Part shown: positions 27,730 through 40,459 of the stretch, piece by piece
How the letters are laid out: each line of letters begins with the position of its first letter
Position numbering within the stretch: the stretch's first letter is position 1
Assembly: GCA_951406725.2 (NCBI GenBank)
Contig: OX597830.1
Span: 61,194,001 to 61,258,000, forward strand
Source: Octopus vulgaris
Taxonomy: Eukaryota
DNA length: 64,000 bases
Reading direction: 5' to 3'
Made by a program: the position numbers and the translations under genes
The notes under the pieces: model-generated
The model's database searches: none
What the model was told of the DNA's origin: nothing
What the model saw: the letters and a program-made list of their open reading frames with translations, nothing else

Positions 27730-28601
27730 GTGCCTCTCTCTCTCTCTCTCTCTTCTCTCCCCACTTGACCGGTGTTCGGCCAGGCCTGACCTTTCTTTCT
27801 TGGTTCGACTACCATCCGTGCAACATCTATATTCTTCCCTGTGCCTGTTAAATCACATGTTCCTGCCGCAAGGCTTCACTTCCACACACACCAGCTTAAT
27901 TTAATTCGTCCTTAGTTGAAAAACACCAGTTGAGCGGCATACGCTGTGATTCCTCTTGACATGCGACTTCAAGTTGTAGAGGTTCACCACTTGTCCTTTA
28001 ATGTTGGTCTCCTTGGGATGGCACATGACGCACCTGAAGTACAGAATTTTGGCGTTCCTCTTATCCCTTGATTTTAGGAGAAAATTGTCCTCCATGTGAG
28101 GCCACGCGTTCTGAGACTCCTGGCTCTCAATCTGAGCACTCTCTGCCTCACTCACAACCGTTATAGACTCCCCAACAGGCCCTTCACCTCCAGGCCGAAG
28201 AAAAACATCTCCACATTCTATAACAATAAGCGATAACTTGGTAAGCTGATAACGTACACTGCTATCGCTGACTCTGTAAGGCTGTCTGTAATATGACAAC
28301 GTCGTAAGTGAACACAGCTCTAAACTGGAGAATTACACAATGCTGTTCAGCTAGCTGCTGCTGCGTCGACCTCTCACGTCTTGTTATGTAGTCTACCAAT
28401 AGCGTTGCCTGACGAAATCTTGGAGACACACCCACAACAGACAGGAATAAACGTATGAATTTTGTTAGCGGAAGAAAATTCAGCAGAAGCTAATTGGTCC
28501 GCTAACCGTTTCCAAAGTTAGCGAAAACGCTAATCCGCTAAACGAAAAGTAAGCTTCTGCAATTAGCTGTTAGCGGATTAGCGGAACCGTGCCCACCACT
28601 G
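27730..28601 (-). mobile_element. 5' part of a hAT transposon with BED zinc finger
   Basis: TIR CAGTGGTGGGCAC starting at 28601 on minus; clustered CCGCTAA/TTAGCGG subterminal repeats; ORF 27901-28299 AWPHM..F..FRCVMC..NLKSHVKRNH. Confidence 0.8.
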
Positions 28602-28635
28602 CATATATGTATACACACACACAAACACGCGCGTG

Positions 28636-28676
<41 letters not shown>

Positions 28677-29408
28677 ATACATATATAAAAACATTTAAAT
28701 AATGAGGGAGATAAATTGAATATTGATTTAATTAATATCAATTTAAAACCAGTAGCCTAGCATACAAAAATCTGAAAAATCAGAGAAAATTCTAATACAT
28801 GTGTATATTTAAAGGGCTAAAAACCACTAGGTGGTCAGACGTATGCTAGAAGTAGATCACCTACGATCAAACTACAAAGAAAAGAATGTTCTCGCCGGTC
28901 TGCGAGTAATTCTTGTTTTTTTTATATAATTTTCATCTGTCTTGCCCGCATATTGTTCTGGTGTCCGCTGAATTTTTCTCTAGAGAACATTCTTTTCTTT
29001 GTAGTTTGATCGTTGGTGATCTACTTCTAGCATACGGCTGAACACTTAGTGGTTTTTTTAGCTCTTTAAATATACACAGGTATACATCCATATATACACA
29101 ATGGTATTGATGTTTCATTTTAAGACAGAAAATCGGTTGGATAAAACCTTTTTTGTTTTTAGAAAATATGATTATAAAATTTGAATTGTACTTGTGAGGT
29201 TTTTCAGTGATGATTGTAAAGAAAGAAACTGGTAAAACTAAATTTATTTGAAAATGGTATGCATAATCTGAAAGTAAGTTCTAAATGAGTAATATATGGA
29301 ATGTAAAACACCTGTGCATTTTTGATGATTTTGTCAAAAAATAGCTGGGAATTTTAAAAAGTGTACTTGATATTTAGTGAAGGTGCATAGTCTAATGGTT
29401 AGGGTATT

Positions 29409-30149
29409 AGGCGGCAAGCTGGCAGAAACGTTAGCACGCCGGGCGAAATGCTTTGTGGTATTTCGTCCGCCGCTGCGTTCTGAGTTCAAATTCCGACGAG
29501 GTCGACTTTGCCTTTCATCCTTTCGGGGTCGATAAATTAAGGACCAGTTACGCACTGGGGTCGATGTAATCGACTTGATACCTATGTCTGTCCTTGTTTG
29601 TCCCTTCTGTGTTTAACCCCTTGTGGGTAATAAAGAAATAGATTAGGGTATCCGGCTCACAATCATAAAGTCGTGAGTTCGATTCCCGGCGGCGATTCCC
29701 TGAGAACTGGCAAGTTAATTTCACGGAACAGTAGGCTGTTCCGTTGATCGGATCAACTGGAACATTCGTCGTCGTAACTTGATATTTTGATAGTAAGTTG
29801 GTATACTGCTTCAATAAGCTAAGAAGTGCGTCTGAATCCCTGGTTGGCACGGAGTAGCTTGGAGTGTGCGGGCCGCACAGATAGGCCATTTCAGATATCT
29901 GCATTTGCTGTGGTCGAAGGCGGCGAGCTGGCAGAACCGTTAGCACGCCGGGCGAAATGCGTAGCCGTATTTCGTCTGCCGTTACGTTCTGAGTTCAAAT
30001 TCCACCGAGGTCGACTTTACCTTGCATCCTTTCGAGGTCGATAGATTAAGTACCAGTTACGCACTGGGGTCGATGTAATCGACTTGATACCTATGTCTGT
30101 CATTGTTTGTCCCCTCTATGTTTAGCCCCTTGTGGTTAATAAAGAAATA
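29409..30149 (+). mobile_element. Two SINE family B copies (about 29409-29640, 29917-30149) with an internally deleted family D piece between them
   Basis: Full B bodies; 29650-29780 shares GAGAACT..GTTAATTTCACG..GGCTGTT with 38918-39245. Confidence 0.85.
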
Positions 30150-31390
30150 GGTATGTTAGGCTTAAGGGACGTAGCAGTCGATTTGGCTCTCCCACTTTGC
30201 AGCAAAATCCCACTCTACTCCACTGGACATGACCGGGTTTATTTAAATTCCGTCATAGTCTTAAAGTAATCTTTGCCAACACATAAACACAAACAGTTTT
30301 CTTATATTTTTACCTTTTTTAACTCTGATTAATTATGAATGATAAAGTTTATCGACAAACTTCTCAAAATGTTTCACTGATATTTACCACATTTTCTATG
30401 CGAGGTTTATTCAATTATAAATTCCCTCATTTATTAGAAAATATCCAATAAAAATAAAATTAAGAATTGAGCGAAAGACCGAATAGTTCAAATAAAGTGA
30501 ATAATAATAGAAATCAGTGTGGTTGTAAATGTGTGAATCGTATGCCACAGTATATATGATTGTGTGTTGTATGTGCGTTAGTCTATAAATGTATGTAGAA
30601 TAGGCGCTGATGTGTTTAGATGCCTGTAGTTGTATGTACGAATGCGTGTCTGTCTGATTCATAAATAAGTCTTATATGAACGAGTAGGAAAGTCATAGAA
30701 TAATTTGAACTGTATTATTACAACAGAAAAGAAAACAAGCTGGAACAATTTTATTGCTTTACCATATGTTCAAGGGAAGAATGTATTAGATTGCTGGCTT
30801 CATATATAGTGATTTTAAATCCGTTGCTGGAGCTTTGATGAGTTTCTGGCAGAACATTTTATTCTACATCGCCTTAGTTCATTTAGCTGTTGCCAATAGT
30901 AACCAGATCATTGTGTAATGTCATTTGCAATAGACTAGTTTTCTCCCAAAAGTGAGATGTATCACACCCACCACTACTATGGGACCAGAGCTGTGCACCT
31001 ACATTTAAACCTTTCTTGATCTCAAAAAGAAAGCCATATCTTGTTAGATTACATATTAAAATGTGACAGAAATTAGGGTTGTTACTAATTCATTTGAAAT
31101 TTAGTAGCTTATTGTTTTTCCAATTAATCAATAGGAAATTAAAGATTGATTTATAATTGTAATTGTTGTCTAAATAACAGTTATTTACAATAAAAAAAAC
31201 AACTACATCCAAATCTTTTCTTGGTTTCACGCTCGCTACTAAACCACCAGCATGCAAAACTATTCCCTCTCTTATCCTTTTCCCTCTCCTCCCACCCCGT
31301 ATCTTGCGCACGAATAAATACAACCTTTAGAAGTCTCGTTTATATTTTTGTGAAACGTATGATTCGTAAATTTGATATACATAACCAGCG

Positions 31391-31807
31391 AAGGCGGCGA
31401 GCTGGCAGAAACGTTAGCACGCCGGGCGAAATGCTTAGCAGTATTTTGTCTGCCGCTACGTTCTGAGTTCAAATTCCGCCGAGGTCGACTTTGCCTTTCA
31501 TCCTTTCGGAGTCGATAAATTAAGTACCAGTTACGCACTGGGGTCGATATAATCGACTTAATCCGTTTGTCTGTCCTTGTTTGTCCCCTCTATGTTTAGC
31601 CCCTTGTGGGTAATAAAGAAATAGGTATTTCGTCTGCCGTTACGTTCTGAGTTCAAATCCCGCCGAGGTTGACTTTGCTTTTCATCCTTTCGGGGTCGAT
31701 AAATTAAGTACCAGTTACGCACTGGGGTCGATATAATCGACTTAATCCGTTTGTCTGTCCTTGTTTGTCCTCTCTGTGTTTAACCCCTTGTGAGTGATAA
31801 AGAAATA
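31391..31807 (+). mobile_element. SINE family B dimer
   Basis: Full monomer, then a headless monomer from 31624; 15-bp TSD GATATACATAACCAG flanks the whole. Confidence 0.9.
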
Positions 31808-32517
31808 GATATACATAACCAGTCCTAACATGTACACGAGAACAAAACTATAGACCTATTGTTTGCTTGTATACCATCTAGAAGCTCTTCACGGGTTACT
31901 GTAGTAACTTCTTTTAGCACTTGCAGGAGATTTGTATATGAAATTTAGTTACAAAAACGTTCATGCTTTGTTCATGCTTTATAATCGAGCGAAAACATAT
32001 TTCCTAACCGGGAACAACTTGCATCTACAGCCTCTCGTCTCATTTCCAATGAATGAGTGCTACACATTCTTTGGCAATCTCTCCTGTTCTTCGAAATAGT
32101 ATTGAGGAATATTACTGGATTACTCTAGTTTTCGAAAAACATGACCGAACTTTTATTTTGTTGAACTTGAAAAGCTGTAGTCAAGCAGGGAAATCAGAAG
32201 GAGCGATGTTTTAGAGAGGAAGAATTGGGCACTTTGGACTGGAAACTCAGCAATCCAAAGAAAAATAGAACATTCTAGTAGCAATAGGATTAGTAGAGCG
32301 AAAAAATAGCACTTGTCTAGGGTGTTTGTGTGAGTAGCACTAGTACCTACCCTCGTATGAAAGCATGACGCCCAAAATAGAGGGTCTTACTTGAACTTTG
32401 CAGTAGATCAACAATTATACAATGCTGATGTGTAGCTGTGGAGGCACTATACTGCGCCGAAAAGAATTGTCAGACATTGAGAAGCCAAGCAATTCGGAGT
32501 GATTTTGAGTAATTCTC

Positions 32518-32601
<84 letters not shown>

Positions 32602-34073
32602 CAGATAGATAGAGAGGTGTTATATTATTTTCCAGACATTAGCAATCATTACTTTTATGCAGTGGAAATGAACTCGGTTGTCATTATCATATTGGTTTCA
32701 AATTTTGGCATAAGGTCAGCAATTTCGAGTGGGGCTGGGGGTTAAGTCGATTAAATCGGCCCCTAATGCTCAACTGGTAATTATTTTACAACTGGTAATT
32801 ATATTACGTTCTAAGTTCAAACTCAGTTTGAAATTAGAATGTGAAGACGCTAAGCATTTTGCTTGGCGTGCTAACGATTGTGCCAACTCGCCGCCTTAAT
32901 TGTCATTATCATAGTGGAGGATGTTTTCGTGATCTCTGAGTAGGCTGCAGGTGAATGAATCTATTTGCTGAAAGTGGGACGAGCCGTTCTGTCATCTGTT
33001 TTGTTCTCGAAGATACAGAGCAGAAAGTACATCGTTAATGCTTAAAAAGAAGAGTGAGGTGGATATAACCAAGACTTAAATCAAACAGGTTAAACTCGCA
33101 AAATTCTGATATCGAACAGAAGACATTTCCTCGGCAGCAAAGATAGGTAAATAGATTTAAGATTAGTTGATGCAGCTTTTGAGGATCAAAGGATATTACT
33201 TGGAATGATCTTATAAAACAAGTGTTTAAAATTAAGAAGGGTAATATTTTATTTCCAGAAAGACCCCAGAAACTGATAATATTTTTCAGACTTAAGAGAT
33301 ATATTTTTATCTATAGACATTTGATGGATAAACATAGTGCACACCAACAAAAATTATGTGTGGATACTTATTCACTATACTTGACAACGAAACAGCTACT
33401 TTTCTTTGCATTTCGGAGCTTAAGAATCTTAATAAAGAGAAGAGAAAACTTCAACTTGTTTCGTGAACAAGAGAGAGTGAAACCCTTGAACCTCCAAAAT
33501 AATATCGAAAATTTCACTTGTCCATAAAGAAAGGGAGGAACATTCAACACAGGGTATATTAATGGTACAATCTCATGGAAAACAACATAGTAACTACAAT
33601 TTCAAATGCAAATAAATATAACACGCTCAACAGGCTAGCCTGGAACAGAAGGTAAAAAAAAAATTCTGTAGTTGTAGAGATCAACTATCCATAGTTATGA
33701 ATGCCTTATCCAAACTTTATAAGAGAACATTTATTGACTTACGCTGATTTCACCCTGGTAATAAATTTTAATATGCGTTTCTAATACTTGATGCTCTGGA
33801 TAATATTACAAAATATCTTGCAAAGGTGAGATTTTCAAGGAAAGAAAAAGAACATCTTCTAATTTCGTAAATAAACGGAGCATTAAATAGCGCAACTAAT
33901 TTTTTTTTTATAGTTTAACAGTAACGAATCGCTATGCTACAGTTAATAAAACCACCGCCATTGTCAATCGATGCCAGGCAAACTCATGGAAACACACATG
34001 CTCACATACACACATAGATACACATACACATATGCATGCATCTGCATATGTACGTACATATGTATGTATTTAT

Positions 34074-34148
<75 letters not shown>

Positions 34149-34149
34149 A

Positions 34150-34320
34150 AGTTAATCCAAACAAGAAAGCACAAAAAAACACAACAACGCGAGGACGTGG
34201 AACAAATATAGTATTATTGGACGCTCAGGAAAGAAGGTAAGAAGGAGGGTTTAACGTTTCGAGCGGAGCTCTTCGTCGGAAACATAGGAGAAGGAAAGAT
34301 CCAGAGAAGAGAAGACAGAG
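34150..34320 (-). mobile_element. Penelope-like terminal repeat with minimal hammerhead variant
   Basis: Minus 34283-34249: GTTT-CCGACGA-A-GAGC TCC GCTC-GAAA-CG-TT-AAAC. Confidence 0.65.
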
Positions 34321-34333
34321 GGTACACACGAGG

Positions 34334-34397
<64 letters not shown>

Positions 34398-35834
34398 GAC
34401 GGCTGTCCATTCGAGACCGAGGGAGACAATCACTGACCATTAAGATTATTGTTCACTCAGCCAAATTTATACTTTGCACCTGTGGTTCCGCTGGTGGTCA
34501 ATAAGCCCGTCTCTTGATAGACTTACACGTCCTCAATTATTTGCAGACCAAGCTTCGCCCATCCACTACGCTATTGGTGCGCTTTCGAGCAGATCGCTTA
34601 AATTTTGCCTATATAAAGCCATGGTTTATTTTTTTTACTGAAAATACCCACTCTTTCCTTTACTTGTTTTCTCAGTGGCGATATCAAGCATCGCTTTCCG
34701 AATTTGACCACCCATATCTCACGTGTTTACAGACAAAGAAGCACACGTTCTTGTTTGTGCATTCCACAAACAATTTCACACTACAGCTTCTGTATGTGTT
34801 CGACCCAACATAATCGGTAGAATTTTCCTATTGATCTGGGAAATTTTTTACTGATCTGTTTCGGTTTAATTGTCCACTTAAGCGAAGATATAGCATCTTT
34901 GGCTATTCACTTCTTTAAAAATTCGATGCTTTCACATCATCATCTCAATCATCCGCTAAAAAGGCTTTAAAAGAAAATAACTGTAGAGTAATCTCTATTA
35001 TACATGTTGCAGGTATTTCAATAATTAATTTAATAATATTTGTTGTTTTTAAAACTTTATAGCTCAAGCTTACAATTCTTACTTGTTCTATGTTTTCTTT
35101 TAATTGTTTATGTATATGACATACTTAATGTATGTATATCATTGAAAAGTCAGCGGGGTTACAACGGTCATCTCGGGAAAGATCCTTTTATAGACTCAGT
35201 GTGTTAAAAACACAATATACTTCAAAGAAAGGCAAAACGGAAATCATTTCGAGAGCAACCACAGGAATGATAGATGCGCATTTCACCGTCTTTCCGGTTT
35301 CTTAATGCCACACATTCACCTACGATACAAAGTCGCGTCGGCCAGAAAATTATATGTAGATGAAATATGGAGCAGGTGTATAAAGCAATGTGTGATATCT
35401 CAGGAAATTATGACAAGCAGAAAAGTAAAACTTTACGACACTGTTGCACACACATACGATTACACATGCACGCACACACACACACTCACACACACATACA
35501 CACACACACATACATACATATAAAGAATTTCTATAATGGTTTTCGAATAGAAACTCAGCAACTTAAAGCTGGTGTGCAGCGCAGAAACAAATGTAATCTA
35601 CTATTAAAGACTATTATCTTCCCTTATATATATATATATATATATATAGGGAGAGTTTACGAAAAAAAGACAAAGACGAAGACAGGTGGTGTTCAAAACA
35701 AACAGATGTGTTAGTATAACGCTCAGGAATAGAAAAAGTCTTTTACGCTTCGAGCCTATGCTCTTCTACAGAAAGGGACACAGAAAAAAACAAGGAGAGA
35801 AAAAACGTGTGTAGTGGCTAAGGTATACGTTTCT

Positions 35835-36212
35835 GTCATTTGAGCGCAGCAATACTGGAGAATCGCCTTCAGACGAAAAAATCGACACCAGGACTTATTC
35901 TTTTTAGGCCTAGTACTTATTCTTTTGCTTTCTTTTGCCGAACAGCTAACTTTCGGGGACATAAACACACCTACATTTGGTTGCTAAGCAATGGTGGGGG
36001 ACAACGATACACATTAACACACATAAATATACATACATATATATATACACGACGGGTTTCTTTCAGTTTCCGTTCAGCAAATGCATCACAAGGCTTTGGT
36101 CGGCCCGAGGCTATAGTAGAAGACACTTGCTAAAGGTGTCACGCAATGGGACTGAACCCGGAATCATGTGGTTGAGAAGTAAGCTTCTTACCACACAGCC
36201 ACGCCTGCGCCT
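35835..36212 (-). mobile_element. SINE family A, near full length
   Basis: Matches 61489-61908. Confidence 0.85.
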
Positions 36213-36235
36213 ATATATGTATATATAAGGATAAT

Positions 36236-36289
<54 letters not shown>

Positions 36290-36734
36290 GGATAATATAA
36301 TATTAGAAAAGAGGATAATTGTCTTTAATATTAGATCACAACATTTGTTTCTGCGCTGTACACCAGCTTGAAGGTGCTGAATGTCTATTAGAAAACCATT
36401 ATAGAAGAACATTCATTATAATCATTATGCAGTCGAATGCTGCACAGCAACAACGGCTGTGGTCGTTTCATCAAGGCGGAATACGATATCTGTACGTTCA
36501 AATTCCGCCAAGGTCGAATTTGCCTGTCATCCTTTTGGGGTCGATAAATAAAGTACCAGTTTCGCACTGGGATCGATGTAATCGACTTAATCCGTTTGTC
36601 TGTCCTTGTTTGTCCCCTCTGTGTTTAGCCCCTTGTGGGCAGCAAAGAAATAGATAGCTGTATATGTAAAGACACACAGAGACATAGATAAACAGATAGA
36701 CAGACAAACATATACACACACACACACTCTCTCT

Positions 36735-36779
<45 letters not shown>

Positions 36780-37369
36780 CTCTTACACACCCACAAGCAT
36801 GCACACGGCAATACAAACTTTCCTACAACCACACGTGTGAATACACACTTTGTACGGAAACTAAAGAAGGATATTGCCTTTTCAGAATACCTGTTTCTCA
36901 GAGTGGTCAGTTATGTTAACTATTTATAGCTATGTATTAGTCCATTGTGTTTGAAGTGGCTTTGTAATAGGCATACCTCCGCACGGGTATACGAATAGCA
37001 AATAAAACCGAGCCACGGCTGCAAGCTAGCTTCTTAAAATAGAAGCATTTCAACTCATGCGTGACATAGCAAATTCTTGATTTTGAAATAGATCTTTATT
37101 TGGTTAATTTTAAATCCCAACAGATGGAATATTATATAACAAGCAAAATTCATTTTAAGGGGCAAAATTCAAGAGGTCCCTGTCACATTTTGATGATATG
37201 ATAGTTAGAAGTTTGTTTGGGAATTGTGTGTGTGTGTGTGTATGTGTGTGTGTGTGTATGTCCGCGTATGTGCGTGTATATGTGTGTGCATGTACTTGCG
37301 CGCGTATAATATCCATCCATCCATATGTGTGTGTGTGTATGTGTGTGTGTATATATATGCATATAGCTG

Positions 37370-37442
<73 letters not shown>

Positions 37443-37886
37443 ATATGCATATATGGGTACAGGACGTTACCAACTGTGTAAACAACATGAAAGACGAAAA
37501 CAAACGAGTTAAATAAGCAAAGAACAAGAGAAAAGATGGAAAACAGGACAGACCCTTCATCAGTTGTCGGCTGTCTCTCTACTCCTCATTTTGAGCATTC
37601 AACAATAATCTGAGTCTTCAAAGACAGTTGCTCCCATAAATTCCAAAATATTAATTTAGGATTCATGGAGGGTCAAAGTTGGGAACAAAAAGGAAACCGA
37701 ACGAAAACAAATATGGCGGGTCGTTAGACCAGAACCAAACGAAAATAGTGAACGTTGGGAGAAATAATTTTTTTTGAAAAGGGAAAAGATAGGAGAAAGA
37801 AAACGTCAAGTCCATTGAACGTCCGTGCAGGGAAAGAAAGATGGCCATATGAAGAAAAGAAAGATGAACGATGGTCATGTGTGAGC

Positions 37887-37959
<73 letters not shown>

Positions 37960-38051
37960 TGCTTTGCTTGTCCGTTTTCCATTTGGTCTCACTCTGTCTG
38001 TCTGTCCCTCCCTCCTTTCTCTCTCTCTCTAAATTCCGTGATGCACGGAAT

Positions 38052-38102
38052 TTTGTTAGTGAACAGTCGCGGTTTCAAAGCGACGAAAAATATTTTGACA
38101 AA
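38052..38102 (+). ncRNA. Hammerhead-like motif, G3-C8 core variant
   Basis: TTTGTTA-GTGAACA-GTCGC..GCGAC-GAAA-AATAT-TT-TGACAAA. Confidence 0.6.
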
Positions 38103-38149
38103 TTAAATTTGAATGCTGAAGTAAATCTAACGGTTTTGTGTATTTCTAA

Positions 38150-38400
38150 ATGGTTTATAATTTATGCTTTATAGTTACTCCTTTCAAAATTCCTATTTTG
38201 TTATTCCCTCATTCACTTGTATAGGATGAACTATGGAAAACGTTAGAGAATGAAACCGAGATAAAGATATTTAAATCAAAACTTTTCACGGACCCTTAAA
38301 ATACTACTGTGGACCTCCAATTTACTATTTTACTAGTTTGGACCCCGAAAATCTTATATGGATCCCCCGTGCTCATATGGACCCTGATTGAGAACCACTG
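38150..38400. mobile_element. hAT (Charlie-like) non-autonomous element end
   Basis: GGACCC subterminal repeats ending TTGAGAACCACTG; partner TIR not found. Confidence 0.6.
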
Positions 38401-38917
38401 CTCTAAATGTTCGTAATCGTGGTACCTAGCCACTTTTATGATTCTCTATCAAGGGTAGAGCACGTCTAAATAACGAAACAAAAGACGAAGAAACTTCAAC
38501 CGTGAAGCCGGTAGTCTAACACAAGATGACGGCGAGCCTTGTATTAATATTATATGTAAAAAGCACCTTTAATTGTCTTTGAAAAATTAGAACTACAGTT
38601 TAAGCCTTTCAGTGTAATCATGTTATCAATATGAAACAGAATGTTAAAGCTGCTGGTGAAGGATGGACTGCAGGGAAGTTAGAAACATAGTGAATAATGA
38701 AAATGGTAAAAGAAATATTAAGAGGAAGTGATTAAAGAGGGAAGGAAAATTTGTGAGTGGAAATTATCTAAAATGGAAGGAACCTAGTTGATGCGAGAAG
38801 GAAAATTGCAGTTTGTACTCAGTCACCTTTTGTGAAGGACATGAGCGGTCTGATTTGAACATCCTGTTCTATACGAGTGTCTGTGACATTTCTGTAGTTG
38901 GTATTAGCGGCTGGGGT

Positions 38918-39245
38918 GGAGGCGCAATGGCCCAGTGGTTAGGGCAGCGAACTCGCGGTCATAGGATCGCGGTTTCGATTCCCAGACCGGGCGTTGTGAG
39001 TGTTTATTGAGCGAAAACACCTAAAGCTCCACGAGGCTCCGGCAGGGGATGGTGGTGATCCCTGCTGTACTCTTTCACCACATCTTTTCCTCACTCTTAC
39101 TTCCTGTTTCTGTTGTACCTGTATTTCAAAAGGCCGGCCTTGTCACTCTCTGTGTCACGCTGAATATCCCCGAGAACTACGTTAAGGGTACACGTGTCTG
39201 TGGAGTGCTCAGCCACTTACACGTTAATTTCACGAGCAGGCTGTT
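38918..39245 (+). mobile_element. tRNA-derived SINE family D
   Basis: A box TGGCCCAGTGG, B box GTTTCGATTCC, pyrimidine-rich body, TSD TTAGCGGCTGGG (38904-38915, 39252-39263). Confidence 0.85.
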
Positions 39246-39971
39246 TTTTTTTTAGCGGCTGGGTATAAGACATTGCACACTACGGAATTAGCGACACTGT
39301 CGCAAACAGTTTCAACCGGAAAAACAACGAGATTGTTAATAAATTGAGGGAGATAACCAACAGAAACCAGTTGATATCTTTGTTGCTGTTGCATTTGGCG
39401 TTATTAATGTTTGTGATAGTTGATGCCACTAACGATTGAAATGATTCACGCTGAAGGTGCCAATAACTGATCATAATAATTCTTCCTATTATAGACAAAA
39501 GGCCTAAAATTTTTTGCGAGAGGTCAGTCAATTTCATCGACCCCAGTGCTCAACTGGTACATATTTTATCGATCATGAAAGGATGAAAGGCAAAGTCGAC
39601 CTTGGTAGAATTTGAATTCCGTGCATGGACACAGACGAAAACACAGTTAAGCATTTTGCCCAGCAAACAGTTGATAATACTACTTCTTATAATTTAAATT
39701 TTGGCAGTCGGAAACGGCAAGGAAGCCCGTAATTTGTATGCATGCTTGTAGATATGTAGCTGGAAAAAATGGCGCTAAACAATTTGTCCGACGCACTAAC
39801 GATTCTGCCGTCTCGCTGCCTTGCATATATTACAGTCTCATGACACCTCGTTTGCCAAATGGTTTAGTACCAGAGAGTCGAGAAAACAATCTGCGTAATC
39901 GTCAGAAATTGCTGGAAAGACTCAACGCTTTGATATGAAATCAATTAATAGGCTGGTTGTTATGAGACTAT

Positions 39972-40187
39972 TAATAATCCTTTCTACTATAGGCACAAAG
40001 CCTGAAATTTGTGGGGACTAGTCGATCACATCGACCCCAGTGTTTCACTGTTAGTTAATTTATCGACCTCGAAAGGATGAATGGCAAAGTCGACCTCGGC
40101 AGAATTTGAACTCATAACGTAGCGACAGACGAAATACGCTAAGCATTTCACCCGGTGTGCTAACGATTCTGCCCACTCGTCGCCTTT
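39972..40187 (-). mobile_element. SINE family B, (ATT)-tail variant
   Basis: Full body, flanked by GACTATT(A/G)ATAAT duplication. Confidence 0.85.
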
Positions 40188-40199
40188 ATGGGACTATTG

Positions 40200-40265
<66 letters not shown>

Positions 40266-40402
40266 TATTCACTCTATTCAGCATTAGGAGTACCTGTTTG
40301 TTACAGAGATTGAAAATTTGATAACTACATCTACACACGTGCATACGAACGCACGCACGTACTCACGCACGCACACACTGATATGAGCATGATGTATATA
40401 CA

Positions 40403-40459
<57 letters not shown>

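Noticed and set aside
38918-38990. tRNA gene-like sequence (also 15510-15580)
   Set aside because: No proper acceptor stem; continues into a SINE body flanked by a TSD.
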